Assembly: GCA_038213805.1 (NCBI GenBank) | Contig: JBBQSO010000015.1 | Span: 1 to 64,000 of the forward strand | From: Planctomycetota bacterium | GTDB taxonomy: Bacteria > Planctomycetota > UBA11346 | Length of the DNA: 64,000 nucleotides | Direction of reading: 5' to 3' | In this document: in pieces, positions 51,323 to 59,841 of the stretch | How the letters are laid out: each line of letters begins with the position of its first letter | Position numbering within the stretch: the first letter of the stretch is position 1 | The notes under the pieces: model-generated | Databases searched by the model: none | The model's input: the letters and a program-made list of their open reading frames with translations, nothing else | Told to the model about the DNA's origin: nothing | Made by a program: the position numbers and the translations under genes

Positions 51323-53302
51323 ATGACCACCCTCCGCCTCGCCGCCGCCATCCTTAACCAGACCCCGCTCGACTGGGACGGCAACCAGGCGCGCATCGTC
51401 GCCGCGCTGCGCGCCGCGCGCCAGCAGGACGTGGCCATGCTCTGCCTGCCGGAGCTGTGCATCACCGGCTACGGCTGCGAGGACGCCTTCCACGGTCTCG
51501 ATGTGGTCGCGCAGGCCGAGCGCGTACTGCTCGAAGTGCTGCCCGAGACCGTCGGTCTGGTGGTGTGCATCGGCCTGCCCTGGCTGCACCACCGCGCGCT
51601 GTTCAACACCGTGGCGGTGGTCGCCGATGGCGTGGTGCTGGGCCTGGTCGCCAAGCAGCACCTCGCCGGCGACGGCATCCACTACGAACCGCGCTGGTTC
51701 AAGCCCTGGCAGGAAGGCCTGGTCGCGGCCACGATCGTCGGTGGGCGCGAGGTGCCGATGGGCGACCTGCTCTTCGACGTCGGCGGCGTGCGCTTCGGCT
51801 TCGAGATCTGCGAAGACGCCTGGGTCGCGGGACGCTCGGGCGTGCGTCTCGCCGCCTTCGGCGCCGACGTCATCCTCAACCCGTCGGCCAGCCACTTCGC
51901 CTTCGGCAAGCTGGCGGTGCGCCACCGCTTCGTCATCGAGGGCAGCCGCGCCTTCGGCTGCGCCTACGTCTACGCCAACCTGCTCGGCAACGAGGCCGGC
52001 CGCGCGATCTACGATGGCGGCGCGCTGATCGCCGCCGGCGGGCGCATCCTGGTCCAGGGCCAGCGCCTCGGCTTCCATGAGTGGGACCTGACCGCCGCCA
52101 CCGTCGACATCGCGGCTGCGCGCCTTGCCCAGGCGCGCAGCGCCAGCTTCGCGCCCGCGCTGGGCGAGCACCCCGGCCTGGTGCGCGCCGCGCACCGCTG
52201 GGTTGACGCCGGCGTGCCGGCCGCGCCGCTGCCGGTCGCCACCTGGGAGGGGGTCGCGGCGCTCAAGGAGGAGGAGTTCACCCGCGCCGAGACCCTGGCC
52301 CTCTTCGACTACCTGCGCAAGAGCCGCAGCCAGGGCTTCGTGGTCAGCCTCAGCGGCGGCTGTGATTCGACCGCGGTGGTGGCGCTGATCGCGCTGATGG
52401 TGGCGCGCGGCCTGGCCGAGCTCGGCGTCACGGAATTCTGCGCCCGCCTCGCGCACATCCCCACGCTGCTCGGCTGCGCGGACGCGCCCGCGCTCACCGC
52501 GCGGCTGCTCACCACCGTCTACCAGGGCACCGCCAACAGCAGTGCGGTCACCCGCGACGCGGCGCGCACGGTGGCGGCGGCGCTTGGCTCGCGCCATCTC
52601 GAACTCGACGTCGAGCCCTTCGTGCAGGGCTACACCGCCGCGGTCGGCGCCGCGCTCGGCCGCGCCCCGGACTGGCGGCGCGACGACCTCGCCCTGCAGA
52701 ACATCCAGGCGCGGGCGCGTGCCCCGGGCGTGTGGCTGGTCGCCAACCTCGAAGACAAGCTGCTGCTCGCCACCAGCAACCGCAGCGAGGCCGCGGTCGG
52801 CTACACCACCATGGACGGCGATACCTGCGGCGGCCTCAGCCCGATCGCCGGGATCGACAAGGCGTTTCTGCGCCGCTGGCTGGAATGGGTGGAATGCGCC
52901 GGCCCGCACGGCCACGCGCCGCTGCCCGTACTCGTCGTCGTCACCCGCCAGCGCTCGACTCCAGAACTACGCCCCGTTGGCGCCGCGCAGCGCAGCGAGG
53001 ACGACCTCATGCCCTTCCCGGTGCTCGACCGGATCGAACGCCTCGCCATCCGCGACAAGCTGCCGCCCAAGGCCATCCTGCCGCACCTCTGCGTCGAATT
53101 CCCCGCCCACGGCCCGGCGCAGCTGCGCGCCTGGCTGGCGCGCTTCTTCACCCTGTGGTGCCGCAACCAGTGGAAGCGCGAGCGCTTCGCGCCGGCGTTC
53201 CATCTGGACGATGAAAATCTGGATCCGAAGACGTGGTGCCGGTTCCCGATCCTGTCGGGCGGATTCCGGCGGGAACTCACGGAATTGGCAGAGGGAACCT
53301 AG
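51323..53302 (+). CDS. nadE: Glutamine-dependent NAD+ synthetase
   Basis: Nitrilase-like domain (PELCITGY, K, EICED) plus synthetase domain SLSGGCDS, QNIQARAR, TSNRSE, GY.TMDGD, PELRP. Confidence 0.93.
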   Translation: MTTLRLAAAILNQTPLDWDGNQARIVAALRAARQQDVAMLCLPELCITGYGCEDAFHGLDVVAQAERVLLEVLPETVGLVVCIGLPWLHHRALFNTVAVVADGVVLGLVAKQHLAGDGIHYEPRWFKPWQEGLVAATIVGGREVPMGDLLFDVGGVRFGFEICEDAWVAGRSGVRLAAFGADVILNPSASHFAFGKLAVRHRFVIEGSRAFGCAYVYANLLGNEAGRAIYDGGALIAAGGRILVQGQRLGFHEWDLTAATVDIAAARLAQARSASFAPALGEHPGLVRAAHRWVDAGVPAAPLPVATWEGVAALKEEEFTRAETLALFDYLRKSRSQGFVVSLSGGCDSTAVVALIALMVARGLAELGVTEFCARLAHIPTLLGCADAPALTARLLTTVYQGTANSSAVTRDAARTVAAALGSRHLELDVEPFVQGYTAAVGAALGRAPDWRRDDLALQNIQARARAPGVWLVANLEDKLLLATSNRSEAAVGYTTMDGDTCGGLSPIAGIDKAFLRRWLEWVECAGPHGHAPLPVLVVVTRQRSTPELRPVGAAQRSEDDLMPFPVLDRIERLAIRDKLPPKAILPHLCVEFPAHGPAQLRAWLARFFTLWCRNQWKRERFAPAFHLDDENLDPKTWCRFPILSGGFRRELTELAEGT

Positions 53303-53307
53303 CGATC

Positions 53308-54837
53308 TTACTTCCCCCGCAGCACCGCGATCGCCACCGCGCACGCCGCCACGCTCGCGGCGATCGTCCGCACCTTGCCCGGCTCCAGCTGCAGCGCCGC
53401 GATCAACAGCAACGCCGCCAGCAGCGCCTGCGAACGTTGCGCTGGCGCCGGCCGCGCTGCCAGCGCCTCGACGCGCTCCGGCAGCGCACGGTATGCCTTC
53501 CAGGTCTCCTGCAGATCCTGCCACCAGCGGCTGAGCTGGGTGCGCAGTCCGGTCAGGCCGGCGAGGCGCGGACGGATGAGGTCGAGCAGGTTGGTGCCGG
53601 GCACCAGCTCCATGCACACCCCTTCGATCAGACCGGTGGCGCGCGACAACATGATGGTGTGGCGCGGCAGCACCAGGCCGTCGATGCGCCGTAGGAATTC
53701 GGCGATCTTGGCGCTCAGCTCGGCCTCGCGGCGCGAACCCTTGAAGGTGGTCGGGCTGAGGTGGCCAAGGCTGGCGAAGACCTCGCGCGCCAGCACGCGC
53801 AGGTTTGCGAGGTCGGCGCCCGGCAGCACCCAGCCGAGCTTGGTGAGCAGGTCGACCATGCCGTCGGTGTCGTTGCGGCGCAGGCAGTCGAGGAAGTCGC
53901 GGTAGAGCGCGGCTTCGCGCCGGGTGATGCTCGAGGTCATGCCGAAGTCGATCAGCCACAGCTGCGGCCCTTGCGGCGCAGTGGTGTCGTAGATGAAGTT
54001 GCCGGCGTGCGGATCGGCGTGGAAGAAGCCCATCTCGAGCAGCATGTAGAGGAAACTCTCGATGATCACGTCGGCCATGCGCCGGCGCTCGCGCTCGCCG
54101 AGCGGGCCGAGTTCGAGCATGCCCAGCGTGGTGCCGGCGGCATATTCCATGACCAGCACCTTCTCGCGGGTGTGCGGCCACAGCACTGCCGGCACGCGCA
54201 GTCCGCGTTCGGCCAGACCGGGGCGCAGGCGGTCGGCGGCACTGCCCTCGTGCAGGTAGTCCTGCTCTTCGCGACTGGTGCGCGAGATCTCCTCGTAAAC
54301 CGTGATCAGCGGAAAGCCCGGCAACAGCAGCGCGAACAGGCGCACCGCCAGGCGCACCAGCCACAGGTCGGCGGCGACGGTGGTGGCCAGTTCGGGATAC
54401 TGGATCTTCACCGCCACCAGTCGCCCGTCGTCGGCCAGCCACGCACGGTGCACCTGGCCGAAGCTCGCCGCAGCCAGCGGCGTCTCTTCGATGCGCGCGA
54501 AGTGCTTGGCGGTGCGCCCCTCGTAGACCTCGTCCAGCACCGCGGCGACCACCGCGAACGAGCGCGCCGGCGCCTGGTCGCGCAGCGGCGCGCAGGCATC
54601 GACGTAGGCGAGCGGGAAGATATCCGGCCGCGACGCGATGTACTGACCGATCTTGATCATCAGCCCGCCATGGCGGCGTGCATGCGCAGCAACCAGTCGG
54701 CCTCCGGCGCGGTCGAGGCGGGTGCGCCAAGCGCGCGCACCGCGACGCGAGATGCGCTTCAGTTGCGCGATGATCAGGTACTGGATGCCGAGACGGGCGA
54801 GCAGCACCAGTCCAGCAAGACTGCGACGGAGGACCAT
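53308..54837 (-). CDS. ABC1/AarF/UbiB-family atypical kinase
   Basis: IKIGQ, PLAAASFGQVH, VAVKIQYP, FFHADPHAGN, IDFGM; start codon uncertain. Confidence 0.88.
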   Translation of the reverse strand: MVLRRSLAGLVLLARLGIQYLIIAQLKRISRRGARAWRTRLDRAGGRLVAAHARRHGGLMIKIGQYIASRPDIFPLAYVDACAPLRDQAPARSFAVVAAVLDEVYEGRTAKHFARIEETPLAAASFGQVHRAWLADDGRLVAVKIQYPELATTVAADLWLVRLAVRLFALLLPGFPLITVYEEISRTSREEQDYLHEGSAADRLRPGLAERGLRVPAVLWPHTREKVLVMEYAAGTTLGMLELGPLGERERRRMADVIIESFLYMLLEMGFFHADPHAGNFIYDTTAPQGPQLWLIDFGMTSSITRREAALYRDFLDCLRRNDTDGMVDLLTKLGWVLPGADLANLRVLAREVFASLGHLSPTTFKGSRREAELSAKIAEFLRRIDGLVLPRHTIMLSRATGLIEGVCMELVPGTNLLDLIRPRLAGLTGLRTQLSRWWQDLQETWKAYRALPERVEALAARPAPAQRSQALLAALLLIAALQLEPGKVRTIAASVAACAVAIAVLRGK

Positions 54838-54898
54838 GTGCGGGTTGCCGGCCGCGCGGGCGCGGCCGGAGATCACTCCGTCTTGGGGTGGATGTGGT

Positions 54899-55129
54899 TC
54901 AGTGACCGGCGGTCGGCGCGGTCGGCGCGGCGGCCGCCGCGCCACCGGAGCTGCGCGCATCCGCCTTGTCGAGCGCCTCAAGGCCGGCCTTGAGGAAGTT
55001 GCGCGCCGCGCCACGCAGGTTGCGCGTCACATCTTTGCCCAGCACGCGCTCGCTGGCGGATTGTGCGGCCGCACGCAGATGCTCGTGGGCCTGGCGGAGA
55101 TGAGTGGAGCAGTTCTGGTGGGTATCCAT
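54899..55129 (-). CDS. Small (76 aa) helical hypothetical protein upstream of the ABC1 kinase
   Basis: GGAG RBS; amphipathic helical sequence MDTHQNCSTHLRQAHEHLRAAAQ...; same orientation as the kinase. Confidence 0.55.
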   Translation of the reverse strand: MDTHQNCSTHLRQAHEHLRAAAQSASERVLGKDVTRNLRGAARNFLKAGLEALDKADARSSGGAAAAAPTAPTAGH

Positions 55130-55375
55130 GACGATGGTCTCCAAGGCGGGTGTCTATGGGACCAGCATAGGCGGCCCGGAGACGGCGCCAGCCTACGCAG
55201 GGCAGGGCTCGGCAGAGGCGAAGTGAGACCCCAGGCCGGAGCAGACCTGCGACCCGGGAATCCAGGCCGGAATGCGGCCGGTCCGGGGGACGATGAGGTT
55301 GGGGTCCGGTTTGCAGTGCGGGCGGGTCCGTGCTAAGCTTTACCGACCCTGCCCTGCCCGGGCGCTGGAGCTTCG

Positions 55376-56518
55376 ATGCCGTCTCGGGATCCCCTGCCAC
55401 CCGGCCCCTTCCTGCTGCGCAGCGGCCGCATCGAGATCCGCGCCGCCAACGCCGTGGAGGTCTGCAGCGCCCTGGGGCTCGAACTCGCCGGGCGCCCTGC
55501 CGAGGTCATCGACCTGGTCAACGGCCGGACGGTGCCGGTGGCGTCCTTCCTGGCTGAGGCGCCCGCCGACGGTTCCACCACCGCCGGGCTCGAGGACCTG
55601 CTGCGCACCGACGGGGTCGAGGTGGCTTCGGCCTCCACGATCGCGGCCATGCCGGCCGCCACGCCGGAGCTGCGCCGGCCGGGCGTGGTCATCACCAGCC
55701 CGGGGCGTGGGCGCACGCCCGCGCCGGCGGTGGGCAATTCGTCGTCCAAACGTTCCCGCAGCAGCCAGCAGAGCCCCTTGCGTGGCCAGCGCGGCCACCT
55801 CGACGAGCGCCGGCCGGGATCGCGCGTGCCCTGGCTCGGCTTGCTCCTCGGCGGGGCCGGCGTCCTGCTGGTGGTGGTCTTCGTGCTGCTCATCGGCAGA
55901 CGGCCGCCGCCGTCGCCCGCCGATCCGACGCCCCATGTCTCAGAGGAGTCGCATCCGCTCCAGGCCGTTGCCGAACCGCGCAAGGCGCCAGCGACCCCAG
56001 CGCCACACCCTGCCGTACCAGCAGCCGTGATTCCCATACCCGCTTCCGCCCCTGCCCCTGCCCCTGCCCCCGTCCCAGCGCTCCCGCTCGCTCCGCGCTG
56101 CCGTGCGACCGCCTCGTGGATATGGTCCACTGATCCCATCGCGGCGCTCAACGACGGCATCCTCCCCGCCAATTCCGCCGATACCCACGTGCCGCGCATG
56201 ACCTGGTACGGCCACAGCGGCGACGCCGAGTGGGTGCAGTACGATTTCCCGCAGTCGGCCGTGGTCGACAGCGTCGACGTCTACTGGTTCGAGGACCGCC
56301 AGGGCTGCTTCCTGCCGGCCTCCTGGCAGGTGCTCTACCGCGACGGCGACGCCTGGAAGCCAGTGCAGGGCGCGCCTCCGGTCAGCACCATCGACTGCCT
56401 TAATCATTTCGCCTTCCCCCCGGTGACGACCACCGCCCTGCGCGTGGCCGTGGTCCTGCAGCCGGAGCGTTCCAGCGGGATCCTGGAGTGGCAGGTGGGC
56501 AGCCGCACGGCGCCCTGA
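55376..56518 (+). CDS. Membrane protein with Pro-rich linker and C-terminal discoidin/F5-8-like domain
   Basis: TM LGLLLGGAGVLLVVVFVLLIG; PAPAP linker; ALNDG...TW...EWVQYDF...VYWF.D...P.SW...F.PVTTTALR...GILEW.V. Confidence 0.75.
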   Translation: MPSRDPLPPGPFLLRSGRIEIRAANAVEVCSALGLELAGRPAEVIDLVNGRTVPVASFLAEAPADGSTTAGLEDLLRTDGVEVASASTIAAMPAATPELRRPGVVITSPGRGRTPAPAVGNSSSKRSRSSQQSPLRGQRGHLDERRPGSRVPWLGLLLGGAGVLLVVVFVLLIGRRPPPSPADPTPHVSEESHPLQAVAEPRKAPATPAPHPAVPAAVIPIPASAPAPAPAPVPALPLAPRCRATASWIWSTDPIAALNDGILPANSADTHVPRMTWYGHSGDAEWVQYDFPQSAVVDSVDVYWFEDRQGCFLPASWQVLYRDGDAWKPVQGAPPVSTIDCLNHFAFPPVTTTALRVAVVLQPERSSGILEWQVGSRTAP

Positions 56519-56584
56519 GCCCTGGACGGTCTCCGGCACCGGGGCTATTTCGGGGCGCGAGAGCACGGCCGTCCTGCGCAAAGA

Positions 56585-56618
56585 CAAGAGCCGCAAGGAT
56601 AATCCCTTGCGGCTCTTG
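56585..56618 (-). terminator. Terminator hairpin downstream of rpsD (possibly bidirectional)
   Basis: Perfect 14-bp stem CAAGAGCCGCAAGG / CCTTGCGGCTCTTG with a 6-nt loop, followed by TCTTT on the minus strand. Confidence 0.75.
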
Positions 56619-56642
56619 CAGCGAAAACCGAGACCCGCCGAC

Positions 56643-57254
56643 TTACTTGGCGAAGAACTCGATGACCTTCTGGATGTCGACCGGGAAAGGGACCTGCTCG
56701 GGGCCCGGCAGGGCCTCGACGGTCACGGCCAGGGTGTCGAGGTCGACCTTCAGGCCGCTCGGGCGCTCAAGGACGGGGCTGTTCACGGTCAGGCGCAGGT
56801 CCTCGCGATTGCGGGCGGACTCGCGGACCGAGAAGATCTGGCCGACCTTGATGTGCTGACCGGCGCTCTTGGCGCGGTGGCCGGCGAGCATCACGTGGCC
56901 GTGCGCCAGCAGCTGGCGGGCGGCCGGGATGGTGCGCGTCAGGCCAGCGCGCCAGACCAGGTTGTCGAGCCGCGACTCGAGCAGCGACAGCAGGTTGCGG
57001 CCGGTGTCACCGGGCAGGCCATAGGCCTTCTGGTAGAGCAGGCGCAGGCCACGCTCGGTCACGCCGTAGTGGTAGCGCAGCTTCTGCTTCTCGCGCAGGC
57101 GCAGGCCGAACTCGCTGACCTTGAACATGCGCTTGCCGGCGGCGGCGTGACCCGGGGGGTTGGGTCGGCGCGCGGCAGTCTTGGTGGTCAGGCCGGGCAG
57201 CTCAGTGCCGAGGCGGCGGATGATGCGAAGGCGGGGGCCGGTATAGCGGGCCAT
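56643..57254 (-). CDS. rpsD: 30S ribosomal protein S4
   Basis: MARYTGPR, SEFGLRLREKQKLR..YG, LESRLDNLV, ARQL..HGH, VIEFF. Confidence 0.95.
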   Translation of the reverse strand: MARYTGPRLRIIRRLGTELPGLTTKTAARRPNPPGHAAAGKRMFKVSEFGLRLREKQKLRYHYGVTERGLRLLYQKAYGLPGDTGRNLLSLLESRLDNLVWRAGLTRTIPAARQLLAHGHVMLAGHRAKSAGQHIKVGQIFSVRESARNREDLRLTVNSPVLERPSGLKVDLDTLAVTVEALPGPEQVPFPVDIQKVIEFFAK

Positions 57255-57624
57255 GCGACGGGCTCCTGGAGTCGGAACGAAGAAGAAGTGGCGTTGATCC
57301 CGGTGGGCCGGGCGCTTATCACGTTGGGCCGGGAAGAATGTGCCGCTCGCGCTGATTGCAAGGCAAAAGCTGCGGGCCCGATCTCCCTGCCAGGCTTCCT
57401 GACCCAATCCGGTCGGCACTGTGTCCGGCCGGGGTTCCTGCGCCACCCCCGGGGGGACTGCGCCGCCAGCCCGGTCACTAAGGAATGAAGCGATCGTTCG
57501 TGGGCAGGATGGCCCGCCTCCGCGCACTTCGCGGCGGTCCTCCACCCCAGCCGGCGTTGGGTGGACAGGGGGTGCGCAAGGAAACGCCGCGGTCCACGTC
57601 ATTCCGCCCGGATCAGCCACGCTA

Positions 57625-57633
57625 TGGTATAAT
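57625..57633 (+). promoter_or_regulatory. Extended -10 promoter element (TGnTATAAT)
   Basis: Perfect TGGTATAAT ~70 bp upstream of the 57705 ATG in an otherwise GC-rich region. Confidence 0.55.
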
Positions 57634-57704
57634 AATCACTTGCCCGTTGTCTCGACCCCGCGAAGATCCCGCCGTTCATCTGATCTGCCATATGGAGTTC
57701 AAGT

Positions 57705-59519
57705 ATGCGCCTCGTCCCCGCCCTACTGGTGGTGTGCCTCTCGATACTTTCCCAGATCCCGACCACGGTGATTGCGGATGGCGCTGAAGCCGGCGCCGAC
57801 CCCAAGCCCGCGGGCGACGGTGCGGTCAAGCCCGCCGGCACCCCGGCCGAGACCCCTCCCCCGCGCCAGGTCGGCGAGCCCGACCAGGGCCGCGAGGCGG
57901 CGCGCCTGGTGATGAAGGGCAACGCGGCGATGATCGCCTCGAACGACGAGCCGAGCAAGAGCGTCGAGGCCGCGGTGTCCTTCAGCCAGGCCCTGCCCTA
58001 CTACCAGCAGGCCGGCGACACCGACAAGATCTGCGAACTCGAGGCCAACATCTTCTGGTGCAAGAAGCGCATGGACATCGACGATGTGAAGCGCTTCGTC
58101 GCGACCAAGCATGGCGATGCCACCGTCACCGCCGCGCTCGCCACCGCCGATCAGGTGGCGAACAAACCAGTCGGCAAGGACGAGGGCAAAGCCTACTTCG
58201 ACCGTGCCGCGAAATACGCGAAAGAGAACCCGGACGACGTCGACGCGATCTGCCGCCGCTGGTTCGAGGTGGCGCAGCGCTTCCCCGGCACCGACATCGG
58301 CATCAAGGCGCAGAACTTCAGCCTAGCCGCCCAGCAGAAGGCGATGGACGCCTACAAGGCCGAGAAGGAATCCGCCCGCCAGACGCTCTTCACCCGCCCC
58401 GCCAGCCTGCCTGCGGGCATCACCGCGGTCGAGCAGCCCTCGGCCGCCGACCAGAAGGCCTCGGACCAGGCGCTGCACAAGCTTTACAAAGAGGATTTCG
58501 CCAAGCGCAAGCCCGGCCAGAAGCGCAGCCTGCTCAAGAAGCTCATGGAGCAGGCCCAGTCCAGCAAGGACGACAGCAAGATGCTGTGGGCGCTGCTCAG
58601 CTCGGCCACCGACGTGGCCATGGATCTGGGCGACTACTACGCGGTGATCACCACGTCCGATTTCATGGGTGCTAGCTTCACCGGGGTCGACGCGAAAGCG
58701 CGCAAGAAGGCGGTCTTGAGCAAGGCCAAGGGCAAGGAGACCGTCAACGCCATCCTCAAGCTGCTCGACAATCCCGAGGACGCCGACGCCAACAGCGCGG
58801 TCGGCAAGCACTTCGCCCTCGAGGGCAACAGCTGGGAGCTGGGCCTGCCGCTGCTCGCGCACGGCTCCGACGCCGACTTCAAGAAGATCGCCGAGATGGA
58901 ACTCGCCAAGCCGGCGGGTGCCCTGCAGCAGGTCGAGGTCGCCGACCGCTGGTACGACCTCGGCAAGAAGGGCCGCTCGCCGACCAAGGACGCGATGCTC
59001 AGCCGCTCCTTCATGTGGTACAAGGGCGCCCTGCCCGGCCTGACCGGTGTGACCAAGGACAAGGTCGCGCAGCGCCTCGAAGAGCTCGAGGGCCTGCTGC
59101 CGATGACCAACCTCGACTACAACAACCTCACCGAGAAGCAGTGGGAACGCCTCAAGGGCGCCGTCGTCCAGGTCTCGGCGAGCAAGGACCGCAACGATAC
59201 CAACATGCGCCTGGTCCCGGGCGCGCGCCTGCGCGTGGTGCCCAACCCCAGCGACACCTGGACGCTGGACTACTACGGCGACCAGCTGACCAGCGACTTC
59301 AAGGGCTACCATCCCAAGAGCAAAAACGGCTTCTTCAGCTTCTACAGCTCGGGCGATCACCAGATCGGTGCCATGGTGATGTTCATCGAGAACGGCACGC
59401 GCCTTTCGCCGGGCATCATCGAGGGCGACGGCCGCCTGTTCCTCGCGCCCTACACCAGCGACGGCGCGTTCGGCAAGGGCATCATCCGCGTCAAGATCAT
59501 GCAGGTCGAGGACGACTGA
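57705..59519 (+). CDS. Secreted Lys-rich helical hypothetical protein
   Basis: Signal peptide MRLVPALLVVCLSIL; 604-aa ORF with strong codon bias; GGAG RBS. Confidence 0.8.
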   Translation: MRLVPALLVVCLSILSQIPTTVIADGAEAGADPKPAGDGAVKPAGTPAETPPPRQVGEPDQGREAARLVMKGNAAMIASNDEPSKSVEAAVSFSQALPYYQQAGDTDKICELEANIFWCKKRMDIDDVKRFVATKHGDATVTAALATADQVANKPVGKDEGKAYFDRAAKYAKENPDDVDAICRRWFEVAQRFPGTDIGIKAQNFSLAAQQKAMDAYKAEKESARQTLFTRPASLPAGITAVEQPSAADQKASDQALHKLYKEDFAKRKPGQKRSLLKKLMEQAQSSKDDSKMLWALLSSATDVAMDLGDYYAVITTSDFMGASFTGVDAKARKKAVLSKAKGKETVNAILKLLDNPEDADANSAVGKHFALEGNSWELGLPLLAHGSDADFKKIAEMELAKPAGALQQVEVADRWYDLGKKGRSPTKDAMLSRSFMWYKGALPGLTGVTKDKVAQRLEELEGLLPMTNLDYNNLTEKQWERLKGAVVQVSASKDRNDTNMRLVPGARLRVVPNPSDTWTLDYYGDQLTSDFKGYHPKSKNGFFSFYSSGDHQIGAMVMFIENGTRLSPGIIEGDGRLFLAPYTSDGAFGKGIIRVKIMQVEDD

Positions 59520-59841
59520 TCGCCCGCTGATTGCGTGCGCGCCCAGGGCGTTCCGGAGTGGCCAGCGGGCCTTCCGGAACGCCTTGCCGTTTGTGAGCAG
59601 TCGCCGATCGCATCAGCGTGAGGGCTTTGCCGTCGAGGCGCAGCGCGGAAGGTGGGAGGCCGCAGTGGACGGCCGCGCAGGGAGTGCGATTCCTGAGGTT
59701 CAAGCCAGTGCTGCGTGCGCTGCGGTTCTTCTCCCCTTCCCTTCTGCGTCGCCTTTACGGCCTCGCTCCTCCACCGCTACATCTCTGCGGTGTGTCTGCA
59801 CTGCCGTGGTCCGGCTGCCCGTGACTGGGACCAGGCAGGGC

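Noticed and set aside
57622..57643. Fur/Zur box upstream of rpsD
   Set aside because: Only a partial, poorly palindromic match, ~370 bp from rpsD, and better explained as the extended -10 of the divergent gene
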